DNA of 64,000 nt from an uncultured Desulfospira sp. (GTDB taxonomy: Bacteria; Desulfobacterota; Desulfobacteria; Desulfobacterales; Desulfobacteraceae). The notes under the pieces are model-generated. The model searched no databases. It saw only the letters and a list, made by a program, of their open reading frames with translations, and was not told where the DNA came from. Position numbers and translations under genes: made by a program. Location: the NCBI GenBank assembly GCA_963663165.1, contig OY760175.1, positions 1,120,001-1,184,000 of the forward strand, in the 5' to 3' direction. This document shows positions 10,482-21,100 of the stretch, piece after piece; the first letter of the stretch is position 1; each line of letters begins with the position of its first letter.

Positions 10482-11753
10482 TCAGGCAGCTTCACCACCT
10501 GTTTCTTTAGCGGCCTTATATTCATTATAAGTTCTATCCCAATCTATTCTTGGAAAAGCCGATTTCACAGCCTCCAGAAAATTTTCTTGATTCAGGGTTT
10601 CGTATGTGACGTCTTTATAGCTGACCTGCAAAGACATTTTTCTGATCAATGATTCTGCTACGGGAAAAACCTTGTCCAGCTCGGATTTCAGCCAGCAGGC
10701 TGCATCTTCCTTTGTCGGTCTCCCGGATAAAGACTGACCAATCAGGACGTCCGGCGGTGTGTCCAATGCCCGTTTAATATAATAATCAACCACTTGGCGT
10801 TTTGATTGATCAATCTCTTTTTGTAACTCTTTTTGAATCATATCCTGGTGGTTTGACAATTTATCCTCTAATTGCTCAAGACGCTTTTGCAGGTGCTCTT
10901 TTGCGCCTTTGAGGACGGCCCGGCCATATCCTTTACCCAATGACGGCGTAAGGTCCTTTCGGATCTGGTTCAACTCATCCTCCAGCGGTTTGGATGATAG
11001 TTTGCCCCGTTTTTCGATAAGCTCAAACGTGGTTTTTAATCGGCCTTCTAAATCCCTGGTGCCGCCAAGTTTCTGGATCTGTGGTGGAATCGCAACCCTT
11101 TGGCGCTGGATGGCCGCCCCTGTCAGGCTTAGTTCCACATATTGCAGGTAGGGCTCAAACACCCTTACCTGCCGGGCCACATCGAATTTTGCCGGTGGTG
11201 CCTCTTTCAGGCCTTGATCCACCTGATCAAACATTTGAGCGTCCACCGGACTGAAGTCACTTTCTTCAGGAAGGCTTAAAATTTTCAATTTTTCTGCTTC
11301 ATCCTGGGCCATGGCAACGGCAATGTCCCTGGCGCCGGGTGCTAAGCGGCTCAATGCTTCAATGATTTGATCTTGTGTTAAACGCAGGGCATTGCGGATA
11401 TCTTTACCGGGCTCTGCTTCAAGATACAATGGGGTGGGGGTAAAGGCATAGCCCTGCCCGTCGGCAATAATGAAGGCGCTTCTCAATCCTGCGGCATGGC
11501 GGACAATGATTCCTGCGTTCTTCAGGGTTTCCACGGCATTGATATCCCCATACCCCATGCGCATAACCCGTTCATCAAAGTCAATCCATACGGTGATCAG
11601 ATCAGGTCCTATGGTTTTTGCCGCCTTTTCCATGGCCTTGGCAACAACCGGCTGAACGCCGGGGGCTGAATAACAGATGGGAGATCGGGATCTTTGAATC
11701 AATTGAGCAATCCGTTTTGATGACATGTGACAGAAGAATGAGTCAGAACACAT
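10482..11753 (-). CDS. Hypothetical protein, PLD-fold-like N-terminus (no HKD) plus coiled-coil C-terminus
   Basis: 423-aa ORF; ICYSAPGV...LRSAFIIADGQGYAFTPTP resembles PLD-like nuclease topology; heptad-rich LQKRLEQLEDKL segment. Confidence 0.65.
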   Translation of the reverse strand: MCSDSFFCHMSSKRIAQLIQRSRSPICYSAPGVQPVVAKAMEKAAKTIGPDLITVWIDFDERVMRMGYGDINAVETLKNAGIIVRHAAGLRSAFIIADGQGYAFTPTPLYLEAEPGKDIRNALRLTQDQIIEALSRLAPGARDIAVAMAQDEAEKLKILSLPEESDFSPVDAQMFDQVDQGLKEAPPAKFDVARQVRVFEPYLQYVELSLTGAAIQRQRVAIPPQIQKLGGTRDLEGRLKTTFELIEKRGKLSSKPLEDELNQIRKDLTPSLGKGYGRAVLKGAKEHLQKRLEQLEDKLSNHQDMIQKELQKEIDQSKRQVVDYYIKRALDTPPDVLIGQSLSGRPTKEDAACWLKSELDKVFPVAESLIRKMSLQVSYKDVTYETLNQENFLEAVKSAFPRIDWDRTYNEYKAAKETGGEAA

Positions 11754-11922
11754 TTTTATCCCCCTTGGAACGAATTGGATTTATGTTAAATATATGATAT
11801 CGAATTTATTTTATAAGTTAGCCGGCCTTTCAGCAAAAGCAAATCGCTTTCCATCAGCGGATCATCTCCATATTTATTTTTCTGTCCTGAGGGGAAAGTT
11901 TAGGAATGTTCCCGTTTCTTGA

Positions 11923-12159
11923 TCATTCTTTTAGATTAATTTCTTCAAGTTTCGTTTTCAATATCCGGATGATGGTTTCACATGTTTGAACACTTTTTTC
12001 CCGCCCCTTATTTTCATAATACATCTGATTGAGTTCCGTTTTCTCAATGGCCTGCTTTAGGTTTGATTTTTGTACGGTATGAGATAATTTTTCCCATAAT
12101 CTGGTTGCTTCTTTTGCCTGTGTTGCATTGGCAATGTTTATCTTCTGTGATGAGAACAC
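11923..12159 (-). CDS. Small hypothetical protein
   Basis: 78-aa ORF, GTG start preceded by GAGGTG. Confidence 0.5.
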   Translation of the reverse strand: MFSSQKINIANATQAKEATRLWEKLSHTVQKSNLKQAIEKTELNQMYYENKGREKSVQTCETIIRILKTKLEEINLKE

Positions 12160-12253
12160 TTATTCACCTCTGTTTTAAATATTACATTTGCGGCTTTATC
12201 CGTAACATGTTCGGTTTTGTGTTGCAATTGTTTAAAAGCAGGAAAGCAGAAAT

Positions 12254-12389
12254 GGTCAGGTCTTGAATTATCATTTTGTTATAACGGCCACGGGTCGCTT
12301 TGGTTATCCAACCAAGAGCCGCCAGCAACAAATATTGAAAGTATTTTCAGGACCTTAGTGAGACTTTCATATAAATTCAAGACCTGGCC
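12254..12389. repeat. REP-like inverted repeat enclosing a family-1 element (reverse orientation, 12280-12373)
   Basis: ggtcaggtcttgaatt (12254-12269) and aattcaagacctggcc (12374-12389) flank the reverse-complement 90-bp element. Confidence 0.8.
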
Positions 12390-12506
12390 CTGTTCTTTTT
12401 GACCCTGTTCTTTTCTGGGATGAATATTGAATGCTTGACCTGGGACAGATTGATGGTAAGTGTTAAGAAGATCGTCAACCCAAAGAAGCAAGGCAGAGGA
12501 AAATCT

Positions 12507-12926
12507 ATGAAGATATCAGGAAAAAAAACCGGAAAACTGGCTTTTGAAATCAAGCAGGACAGCTACACCTACACCCTTGATGCCCCGGAAAGCGTTGGCG
12601 GTGAAGGCAAAGGCCCATCGCCCAAAGGCCTTCTTTTAAGCGGTTTGATTGGATGCACCGGTATTGATGTGGCCATGATCCTCGGCAAAATGCGGGTGGA
12701 CATAACGGATATGGAAATCACTGCTCAAACCGAGCTGACAGACCAGCAGCCTTCGGTATTTAAGGAAATCACCTTATCTTACCACATCACCGGCAATGAA
12801 CAGGATGCAAAAAAAATCAAACGGGCCGTGTCCCTGTCCATGGGAACCTACTGCGGGGTCTCAGCCATGCTGGAAAAAAACAGCCGTATTATCCCTAAAA
12901 TATATCTGAACGGTAAAGAGATTTAA
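12507..12926 (+). CDS. OsmC/YhfA-family protein
   Basis: LDAPESVGGEGKGPSPKGLLLSGLIGCTG...YCGVSAML; likely start ATG 12507. Confidence 0.9.
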   Translation: MKISGKKTGKLAFEIKQDSYTYTLDAPESVGGEGKGPSPKGLLLSGLIGCTGIDVAMILGKMRVDITDMEITAQTELTDQQPSVFKEITLSYHITGNEQDAKKIKRAVSLSMGTYCGVSAMLEKNSRIIPKIYLNGKEI

Positions 12927-12993
12927 GCGGTTAGCGGAATCTATTGGCCGGCGGATCACTTGAAAGCTGGTTTTTGGGAGGGAGTAGAACATC

Positions 12994-13773
12994 ATGACGG
13001 ATGACAAACTCAAAGCCTATCGATACTTTCTAAAAGACAGTATCCGTAAAACCATTGCCTTCAGATATACCGATCAGAACCAGGAGGTTCCGGTGCCGCC
13101 CATTGAGAAACCATATGCGGATGGCGCAACCCGGATAGATCTTCCCGGTCCTGATGACTGGAAACGTATTTCCCGGACCGATATCACCCACGCCATGGGC
13201 AGCAGAAAAAGCCGCCGGGCCTATCTGGATCAACGCCTTACATTAGAGGAGCTTTCATACCTGTTGTGGTGTACCCAGGGAGTTAAAGGGAAACCTGTCC
13301 ACGGCCATGCCTACCGGAATGTGCCGTCTGCAGGCTGCCGCCATGCCCTTGAAACCTATCTGGCCGTTTTTAAAGTAGCGGGCATTGATCCCGGCGTTTA
13401 CCGGTATCTGCCCCTTTCCCATCAACTCTTATTTGAATTCAAAGATGAGATGCTTTCTGAAAAAATGATCATTGCGTCCTTAGGACAGCCTTACCCGGGC
13501 AGATCAGCGGTTACCTTCATCTGGTCGGCCATCCCCTACCGGATGGAATGGCGGTATGGCCTGGCAGCCCATAAGGTCATTGCCCTGGATGCCGGCCATG
13601 TCTGCCAGAACCTCTACCTTGCCTGCGAAGCCATTGACGCCGGGACCTGTGCCATTGCCGCCTATGATCAGGAAGAACTCGATGAACTGCTCGGCCTTGA
13701 TGGCGAAGAAGAGTTTGCCATATACCTTGCCCCGGTGGGAAAGGTCAAAAAACAGGGACCTAAAGAAAAATAA
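12994..13773 (+). CDS. SagB/ThcOx-type nitroreductase-family protein
   Basis: RKSRRAY, LSYLLW, PSAGCRHALE, DAGHVCQNLYLACEA. Confidence 0.88.
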   Translation: MTDDKLKAYRYFLKDSIRKTIAFRYTDQNQEVPVPPIEKPYADGATRIDLPGPDDWKRISRTDITHAMGSRKSRRAYLDQRLTLEELSYLLWCTQGVKGKPVHGHAYRNVPSAGCRHALETYLAVFKVAGIDPGVYRYLPLSHQLLFEFKDEMLSEKMIIASLGQPYPGRSAVTFIWSAIPYRMEWRYGLAAHKVIALDAGHVCQNLYLACEAIDAGTCAIAAYDQEELDELLGLDGEEEFAIYLAPVGKVKKQGPKEK

Positions 13774-13788
13774 ACCGCCCCCGAAACG

Positions 13789-14566
13789 CTACTCATTGGC
13801 GCAATATCCGAACAGGGCGGCAAATTTTTTCAGGTCAACCGCCGACAGGTCTGAGCATACGATGCTGATGTCCTCACCGTCCACATCCAGATCCCGGCCA
13901 AAGTCGCCCAGGATGGGGGCATCGCTGAGAAACAGGTAAGACTTGCCGACATATCGGGAGCCGTAATAGGCCGCACCGATTAAGAAATCATGGTTTCCGT
14001 CACCGTTCAGATCCCCTGTGGAAACCAGGGAAAATCCGGCATAATCGTAGCTGGCCTCCCCAAGAAAGGATGCATCAGTCTGTGAGGCGCTGATGTTCTG
14101 TTCCCACCCGGTCTCTTTTCCGTAAACAAGATAGACTTTGCCGGCATACTGGTCAGACCAGGTCGCTCCCATGAGAAAATCATCAAACCCGTCGTTGTTA
14201 ATGTCTCCGGCGCCCCTGACAGATCTTCCCAAATGGTCGTCTTCCAGCTCACCGGTATATGAGGCGATTGAGCCTGATCCCAGGCTTTCTCCCGTGGCCC
14301 ACCCTGAAGACTTCCCAAAAACGAGATAGACTTTTCCCGCCCGGTCGGCACTCTCATCATTTTCATCGGCCCCGATCAGAATATCATCAAACCCGTCGTT
14401 GTTGACATCCCCGGCAAAGACGACGCAATGGCCCGACCAGTCTTGGGTATACTCCCCGTTAAAAGTGGCGGCCGCCGCATCCAGGACAGGGGTGGCAAGT
14501 TCCCACCCCTCTTTTTTGCCAAGGATCAGGTAGGTTTTTCCCCGGCAGTCATCCCGATGATAAGGA
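13789..14566 (-). pseudogene. 5'-truncated FG-GAP (integrin-alpha-like) repeat protein
   Basis: The frame reads back without a start to ~14566 (DDCRGKTYLILGKK...GDVNNDGFDDILIGA...GDINNDGFDDFLMGA...GDLNGDGNHDFLIGA), has a dockerin-like C-term (GDFGRDLDVDGEDI) and abuts a palindromic repeat. Confidence 0.75.
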
Positions 14567-14570
14567 TAAA

Positions 14571-14653
14571 AAACGGAAACCGGAGAAAAGGAAACGGGAG
14601 ACCGGATCGCGCATCCTTAGGGGTTACGAATTCCGGTTTCCCGTTTCCGGTCT
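14571..14653. repeat. Palindromic interspersed repeat, family 2
   Basis: aaacggaaaccggagaa...gagaccggatcgcgcatccttagggg...ttccggtttcccgtttccggt; close copy at 27877-27969. Confidence 0.8.
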
Positions 14654-14667
14654 AACGGCCTTCCAGG

Positions 14668-16300
14668 TTATACCATTTCCCTCAAGGTCCGGGCCGCATC
14701 GTTCAGGGTCTGAATCCCGGCCTTGACCTGGCCGATCCCCGATGTGGTTTCCTTTGCCCCCTGGTTCAGGGTCCCCATGGCGTCAACCACCTGTTTTACG
14801 GCAATGGCCTGCTGCTGTACATTTAATGAAATCTGTCTGGTGTTCCGGGCCGCTTCATTGATGGCCACACGGACATTATCAAAGGTTTCAGATGTGGCTT
14901 TGGCCAGTGCCGCCCCCGGTCCACATTTTTGATGCCCTCTTCCGTGGCCATGACCGTGGCATTGGTGACTTTCTGGATCTCTGCCACCAGGGTATTGATC
15001 CGTTCTGCCGACTGTTTGCTTTCATCAGCAAGCTTTCGGATTTCAACAGATAAAACCGAAAACCCCTTGCCGTGTTCTCCTGCGCGGACCGCTTCCACGG
15101 CCGCGTTCATGGCGAGCATTTTGGTTTCCTTGGCAAAATCCGATACCAGGTTGGTGATGTCTCCGATTTTTCCGGTCTGCTCGGATAAATGGCGGATCTG
15201 TTTGGCAATGTCATCCACCTTTTCTTTGAGTGTGGTCATGCCAAGGACCATGTCCTCCATTTTTCTTCGGCCTTCCTCGGACAGATCAAGGACCTGCTCG
15301 GTTCCGGCTGCGGCAGATTCGGCCTGTCTAGCGGACAGTTTGCTTGAGGTGCCAAGCTCTTCCATGGTGGTACTGGTTTCCTGGACCGCACTGGCCTGCT
15401 GCCGGGCCACGGATTCCTGCTGGGCAACCGAAGTGGTAATCTGGGCCGAAGAAGAGGATAAGACACCAATCACCTGATTTAGCGGAAGGCTGATGGAACG
15501 GGCAAGATAAGCACCCACTGCCAGCACGGCAATCACACCGATCACCCCGAATATCATCATGGCCCTTTTGAGTTTAAAAAAGGCGTCAAAGGCCTCATCC
15601 TGGTCAATGGCCGTCACAATGGCCCACCTGATGCCCAGTGTATCAATGGATGAGAAACCGGCCAGAACCGGAACCCCCCGGTAATCTGCGGTTAATTTCA
15701 CCCCGCTTTCCCCCTGCAGGGCCTGGTGGACCATTGGATTATCATAAGACAGGGTGCCGATGGCGGTTTGCCGTTTTAAGGCTTTTTCAAAGGTATCCGG
15801 GGCGACCCCCATCTTTAAAAGCTGTTTTTTCAGCACCTCTGGTTCCTGGGAAAGATGCCTTGAGTTGGAGCGAAATTTCAAGTCAGGGCCGATCAGCACA
15901 CTGTCCCCGCTTTTTCCCAACCCGACCCTTTCCCATTGATGATTATTGGTCATGATATGGTTAATCCGGTCAACGGACAGCTGGAATGCAAGGACGCCTG
16001 TAACCCCTTTTTTATTAAAGACAGGCGCGGCGATAAACGCTGCCTCCTGGTTAAATGACGGCGGATAAGGGGCAAAGTCGGAAAAAAATACGTTGGGTTT
16101 TTCGGCGGCCAGGGCCTTTTGGACCACGCCAGCTAAGCCGGTATCGGCATAGGGACCGGTGAGCAGGCTGCTGGGTCACATCTTCCTGTTGGTTGGAAAA
16201 ACTCATGTACCCTCTTTCTTCATACTGTTTAAAAGCTACGGAAAACCGGAGCATGGCGTCTCGGATCATGGTACTCCGGGCCTGGGTTGAGACCTGGCTT
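14668..16300 (-). pseudogene. Methyl-accepting chemotaxis protein pseudogene
   Basis: MCP signalling motif (MLAMNAAVEAVRAGEHGKGFSVLSVEIRKLA); frameshift near 14910 (C-term in the 14668-14868 frame), internal discontinuity near 16170, 5' end lost at a family-1 repeat. Confidence 0.85.
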
Positions 16301-16303
16301 TTT

Positions 16304-16421
16304 TTTGTTGTGGGCGGTTCTTGGTTGGATAACCAAGGCGGCCCGTGGCCGTTTATAAGAAACTGGAGACAAGAAACAAGAGACAAGAGGGCGAAGCACC
16401 TGCGGTGCCCAATTTATAGCC
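16304..16421 (+). repeat. Half family-1 element followed by sequence similar to the MITE interior
   Basis: ttgttgtgggcggttcttggttggataaccaaggcggcccgtggccgtt, then agaaactggagacaagaaacaagagacaagagggcgaagcacc. Confidence 0.85.
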
Positions 16422-16773
16422 TGCCGTTGCTGGTATCTTCAGTTTCATTATTCGTTGTGGGCTTGTGGCCCGTGGCCGTTAGCCGAAAACACTTCATGAA
16501 TTAAGGGCCTAAGCCGCTGCTGATTTTTCGCATGGCCTTAAGGCCCCAGAGCGTGAATTCTTAGAGAAAATATTTGAACATCGCGATATGAAAGATAACC
16601 GTTTGAATTTCAGATGAATTCTGGCCTATTTTTATCATAAAAATGCCCGGCAGGACAATTGATTTCTCAAAAAATATAACCCGGGTCAGGTTTAATTTGT
16701 ATCCGGCAAAGGCTGATGATAAATTGCATTGCAGATGCCAATACAACATTATGCAAAGGAGCAAGTCAGGCCG

Positions 16774-17271
16774 ATGGAAGAAAACACAAGCACATATGGA
16801 TGGAACGCCTCAATGGGCATCAGCCTCTATAATAAAATCCGGCAGGATATGAAAACGTCCATGCTGAAAAAGGATACTGCCGTGCGGGATACCATGCGGC
16901 TGATCATGGGGGCGTTCCCCGAAATCACGGTACCCATCACCCTTGAGAGCGGGAAAAAATCCACCCGGGCCAAAACCCCTGATGAGATTACGGATGAAGA
17001 TATCCATAACATTATCCGAAAATTTGTTAAATCGGAAAGAACCGTTCTGGAAATAAAAAAAGAGGCCTCTTCCGATTATCTTGAACTTTTAGAATCCTAT
17101 CTTCCCAAAATGGCTACAACTGAGGAAATTGAAGCCTGGATCAAAGGCCATGTGGACTTTTCCACCATAAAAAGCCCCATGCAGGCCATGGGGCAGGTGA
17201 TGAAACATTTTGGGAAACAGGCCGACGGGAACCAGGTAAAGGCCATTCTTCAGGGGATGACCGGGGATTAG
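16774..17271 (+). CDS. GatB/YqeY domain protein
   Basis: LYNKIRQDMKTSMLKKD...LESYLPK...MGQVMKHFGKQADG; AAGGAG upstream of ATG 16774. Confidence 0.88.
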   Translation: MEENTSTYGWNASMGISLYNKIRQDMKTSMLKKDTAVRDTMRLIMGAFPEITVPITLESGKKSTRAKTPDEITDEDIHNIIRKFVKSERTVLEIKKEASSDYLELLESYLPKMATTEEIEAWIKGHVDFSTIKSPMQAMGQVMKHFGKQADGNQVKAILQGMTGD

Positions 17272-18119
17272 ACCCACAGGGTCCCGGCATAACAGCTTTC
17301 CTTAAGGTCTACCCGGGTCCGGCCCAGGGCTTTGCCCCCCCATGTCATGGCAAGCTCATAAGTGCCGCCGTTTTTGGGCAGGCCTGAAAAGCGATAGTCC
17401 CCGAAAGCGTTGGTTTCCATGCCGGCGATTTTAACCCCGTTTTTGAGCAGGTCCACGGTGACGCCTTCAACACATTCCTCAACCGCTCCTTTGCCGGCGG
17501 CCACGCTGCCGGCAATAAAACAGGTATTAAACCGCTGCAAATGTTTATAAAGGACCACCGGTGTCCCGGCGGCCGGTCCAGGGGTCTTCCCGTCAATGGT
17601 TTCAAGGCCGTCTGACCGGATATGGGCTTCACGTTCTTCTTCGGTCATCTTCTGAAAACTCAAGGCCCCGGTGGGACAGGCCTGGACACACCGGGGCGCT
17701 TCCCAGCCCTGGTCCAGAAGATGGGCGCACAGGGTACATTTTTGGGGGGTTTGATTGTCCTCGTTCCAGAAGATGGCGCCGTGGGGACAGGCCGACACCA
17801 GGTCTTTCCGGCCCTTTGCCTTTTCAGGGTCAATGATGACAATACCGTCGGGCCGCCTGTAAATTTCATTGTTGGACGCCTTTTGAATGCAGGGGGCATC
17901 GGCACAGTGTAAACACGGCTTTGGCAGGTAAGCCACATTGATATGGGGGAATGTTCCTTGTTCCTTTCTTAAGATGTTCATCCACCGGTGGCCGTGCCGG
18001 GGCTGGGCCAGGGCATAGGGCGGCCAGTCATTGTCATAATGCTCGTCTTTGCAGGAAAGAAAGCAGTTGTTGCAGTTGATGCATTTTTCAAGGTCTATGG
18101 TCATCTGGTATTTTTTCAT
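17268..18119 (-). CDS. Pyrogallol transhydroxylase beta-subunit-like Fe-S protein (copy 1, three-cluster type)
   Basis: CINCNNCFLSCKDEH, CLHCADAPC, KCTLCAHLL...PRCVQAC, C-terminal ETNAFGDYRF domain. Confidence 0.9.
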   Translation of the reverse strand: MKKYQMTIDLEKCINCNNCFLSCKDEHYDNDWPPYALAQPRHGHRWMNILRKEQGTFPHINVAYLPKPCLHCADAPCIQKASNNEIYRRPDGIVIIDPEKAKGRKDLVSACPHGAIFWNEDNQTPQKCTLCAHLLDQGWEAPRCVQACPTGALSFQKMTEEEREAHIRSDGLETIDGKTPGPAAGTPVVLYKHLQRFNTCFIAGSVAAGKGAVEECVEGVTVDLLKNGVKIAGMETNAFGDYRFSGLPKNGGTYELAMTWGGKALGRTRVDLKESCYAGTLWV

Positions 18120-18137
18120 TGGGGAATCTCCTGTATA

Positions 18138-18196
18138 AGCTGTTAGCTTTTAGCTGTTAGCTGTTAGCTTTTAGCCGTTAGCTTTTAGCTGTTAGC
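18138..18196. repeat. Heptamer tandem array (AGCTGTT/AGCTTTT) x8
   Basis: Read directly; lies between the alpha and beta genes. Confidence 0.92.
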
Positions 18197-21100
18197 GGTC
18201 TCCGGCCACCGGTCTCCGGTCTCCTTTCTTCCGGTCTCCTCCCATTTGCCTACTTGAACCAGGCAGGAGTTGGGGGCACTGGAGTGGGATTTCTTAATAA
18301 TGTGCCGGTCCGGGGTCAGCAGGTTGATGCATCCGCCCCGGTCCGGGGAGTTTCCAGGTTCGCCCAAAGGCTCGTACCGGGCTGATCCCTCATAGGAGTG
18401 AACCACCCCCGGCGGAATCCGCTGGGTAACCTGGGCCGCACAGATCACGCTTCCCCGGTCATTGAACACCTCGACCAGGTCAAGATTGCTGATCCCCCGG
18501 CCCCCGGCATCCACCGGATTGATCCGGATGATCCAGTAGTCGTGGCCGCCGATTTGAACCCGGTGATCTTTGACATCGTTCATGAACCCGTCCTTGGCAT
18601 CAAACATGGTATGAAAGCTGTACCGCGGATGGGGGGAAATCATCTGCAAGGGATATTTTTCCTTTAACTGCGTGCTGTTGTACCCTTCCCAGGACGGGAT
18701 GTATTTGGAGATCAGGGGCCGCTCCGGGTCGTCCGGGGCAAACCGCTTTAAGCTTGAGGATTCAAATTCGAGTTTTCCGGACTGGGTCTGGAGCCCTGAG
18801 CGCCATTTCCGGGTATAATCCCCAGGCAAGGGGGCGGGTTCAGGCACATCTTTTTTGGTCCCGTTGGCAAACCAGCGAAAGGAGACCGGCGCCTTTAAGG
18901 GGTCTGCCGGGGGCGGCACCACATAGTACCCTTTTTTGATAAAGGCGTTCCATGAGATCACCCTTGGCAGGTCACTGGCATCAAAAAGCCGTCTGCACCA
19001 CTCAATCTCGGTACACCCTTCGGAAAACGGGGCCCCAATCCCTAAGCGCTGGGCAAGTTCCAGGAAAATCTGGTAATCGGACTTGGATTCACCCAAAGGC
19101 TCAATGCACTTGTGCTGAAAGGTGATGATCCGGTGATTCCACTGTGAGAACTGGTGATGGCCGTACCCGCCGGAGTTGGCGGTCTCACCGATGTCCCACC
19201 GTTCAAAGTTGGTACAGGCCGGCAGGATGATATCGGCAAACCTGGTTTCCCCTTCAAACCAGATGGACTGGTTGACCACAAACTCAAGATTATCGCTGCG
19301 GTAGGCGTTGACATACCGGTTGGAAGACGGCATGGTCCCAAAGTGGGAGCCGCCGTATTTATAGTACATTTTAACCGGTGAATGTCCCGGGGCCGGATAG
19401 GTAAATTTTTTAAACTGGCCTTCAATGGTTTTGGGGTCGGTCAGATACCCTTCGCAGGTGCCGTTCAAAAAGACTTCGGGAATCCGGAGCCGCGGAACAA
19501 GCTGGCCCACGGTATTCATGGTGGGCAGCTGGGGCATTTTCTGGTACATGTTGATTCTAAGGCCGGTGTTGTCAAGGTCGCCGGAAAGCCCCCCTTCTGC
19601 GTACCCGGGAAAATAAAAATGAATATCCACCGGGGCGCCCTGCTGTAATCCCCCCATGTTGATGCCGGGATTGCCCAGGCCCTGCATGGCCATCAGGCAG
19701 ACCATGGACCTTGCCCATTCAATGCCCGTGGCGCTTCGGCAGGCCCCGCCAAACCCGGCGGCCCCGCCGGCGGCCAGATAGGTTTTCTTTTTTCCCCATT
19801 CCCGGGCCAGGGCCCTGACATCTTTGGCCGGGACACCGGTTTCTTTTTCCTGCCATTCGCAAGTTTTTGGCGTCCCATCGTCCCGGCCCAGGACATACGC
19901 TTTCCACAGGTCAAACCCAACGGTCCGTTCAGCCACATAGGATTTATCGTACAGGTCTTCGGTGATCCAGACATGGGCAATGGCAAGGCTCATGGCATTG
20001 CCGGTATCGGGCCTCGGGGCCAGCCATTTTCCCCCTAACAGGGCGGCCGTATGGTTATAATAAGGATCAATGTGGACCATTTTAATGCCGATTTCTTTGG
20101 CCCACATCCGCCGGATGGTTCCTTCAAAGGCACCGTACACCCCGTTGGTGGCCTCGGGATCACTGGACCAGAACACGATGAGTTCACACGCTTTTAAGCA
20201 GTCCTCAACCGTGCCGTAGGTGTCGTGTCCGCCGTTTCTCATGCTGTTGCCCCAGTGGTGCATGGCCCCCCAGTACCAGCCTTCCCAGGAGTCCGGATTA
20301 TGGACCACCGGGGTATACCCGATGGAGTTCATGAACCGGGTCCGGGTGCTGAGCCAGTACCCTAAATTTCCCCAGGTGTGGTGGGAGCCCGAGCCGTTCA
20401 TGATGGCCCCGGGACCATAGGTTTCTTTCATCCGCTGGATTTCATGGGCCACCATGTCCAGGGCCTCATCCCAGGAAATCCGTTCGTAGCCTGAAATCCC
20501 GCGGTTCTGGGGGTTTCTCTCCCCCCTGAGGTCGAAATCCACCCGTTTCATGGGATAAAGCAGCCGGTCAGGGGAGTAAATCAGCGACCGCAAGGCCATA
20601 ACATAGGGGGATACACTACCCTTTCTGGGCGGGGTAAAGGTTTTGCCCCGGGCTTTGATCTGCCAGGAGGGGGAATCAGTATCATCAAATTCAATGGGGG
20701 TAATCCGGATAATTTTTTTGTCTTTCACATAGACAAACACGGGGCCGCCGTTGGTGTTGCTGGTGTAGCGCGTCACACCGTCTTTAAGATGGATCCCGTA
20801 ATCTTTGGGCCTGTCAAAGGACTTTAAGCGATTGAGCAGCTGCATGAAGGCAATAACATGTTTATCTTCCCCGTCAACATCAATCCAGAAATTTTTCATG
20901 GCATGGATCTGGGCCAGGTGATCCGAATGTTTGACCATCAGTTCCACAGCGGTGGCAGCGTTTATAAAATCAAGGGTCACATCAGCCGGGGCGGATATAC
21001 TCTTTTTGGACGTCATTTTTCCTTTGGCAAATTGAAAGGTTCGTCCCACGGATTCTTTTTTGGCCCTGATCCGGGCCGTAAAATCAAGGGATTTTATATG

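Noticed and set aside
12994..13773. SagB-type gene as part of a RiPP (azole) cluster
   Set aside because: No YcaO/E1 cyclodehydratase or precursor peptide nearby; stand-alone homologues are common
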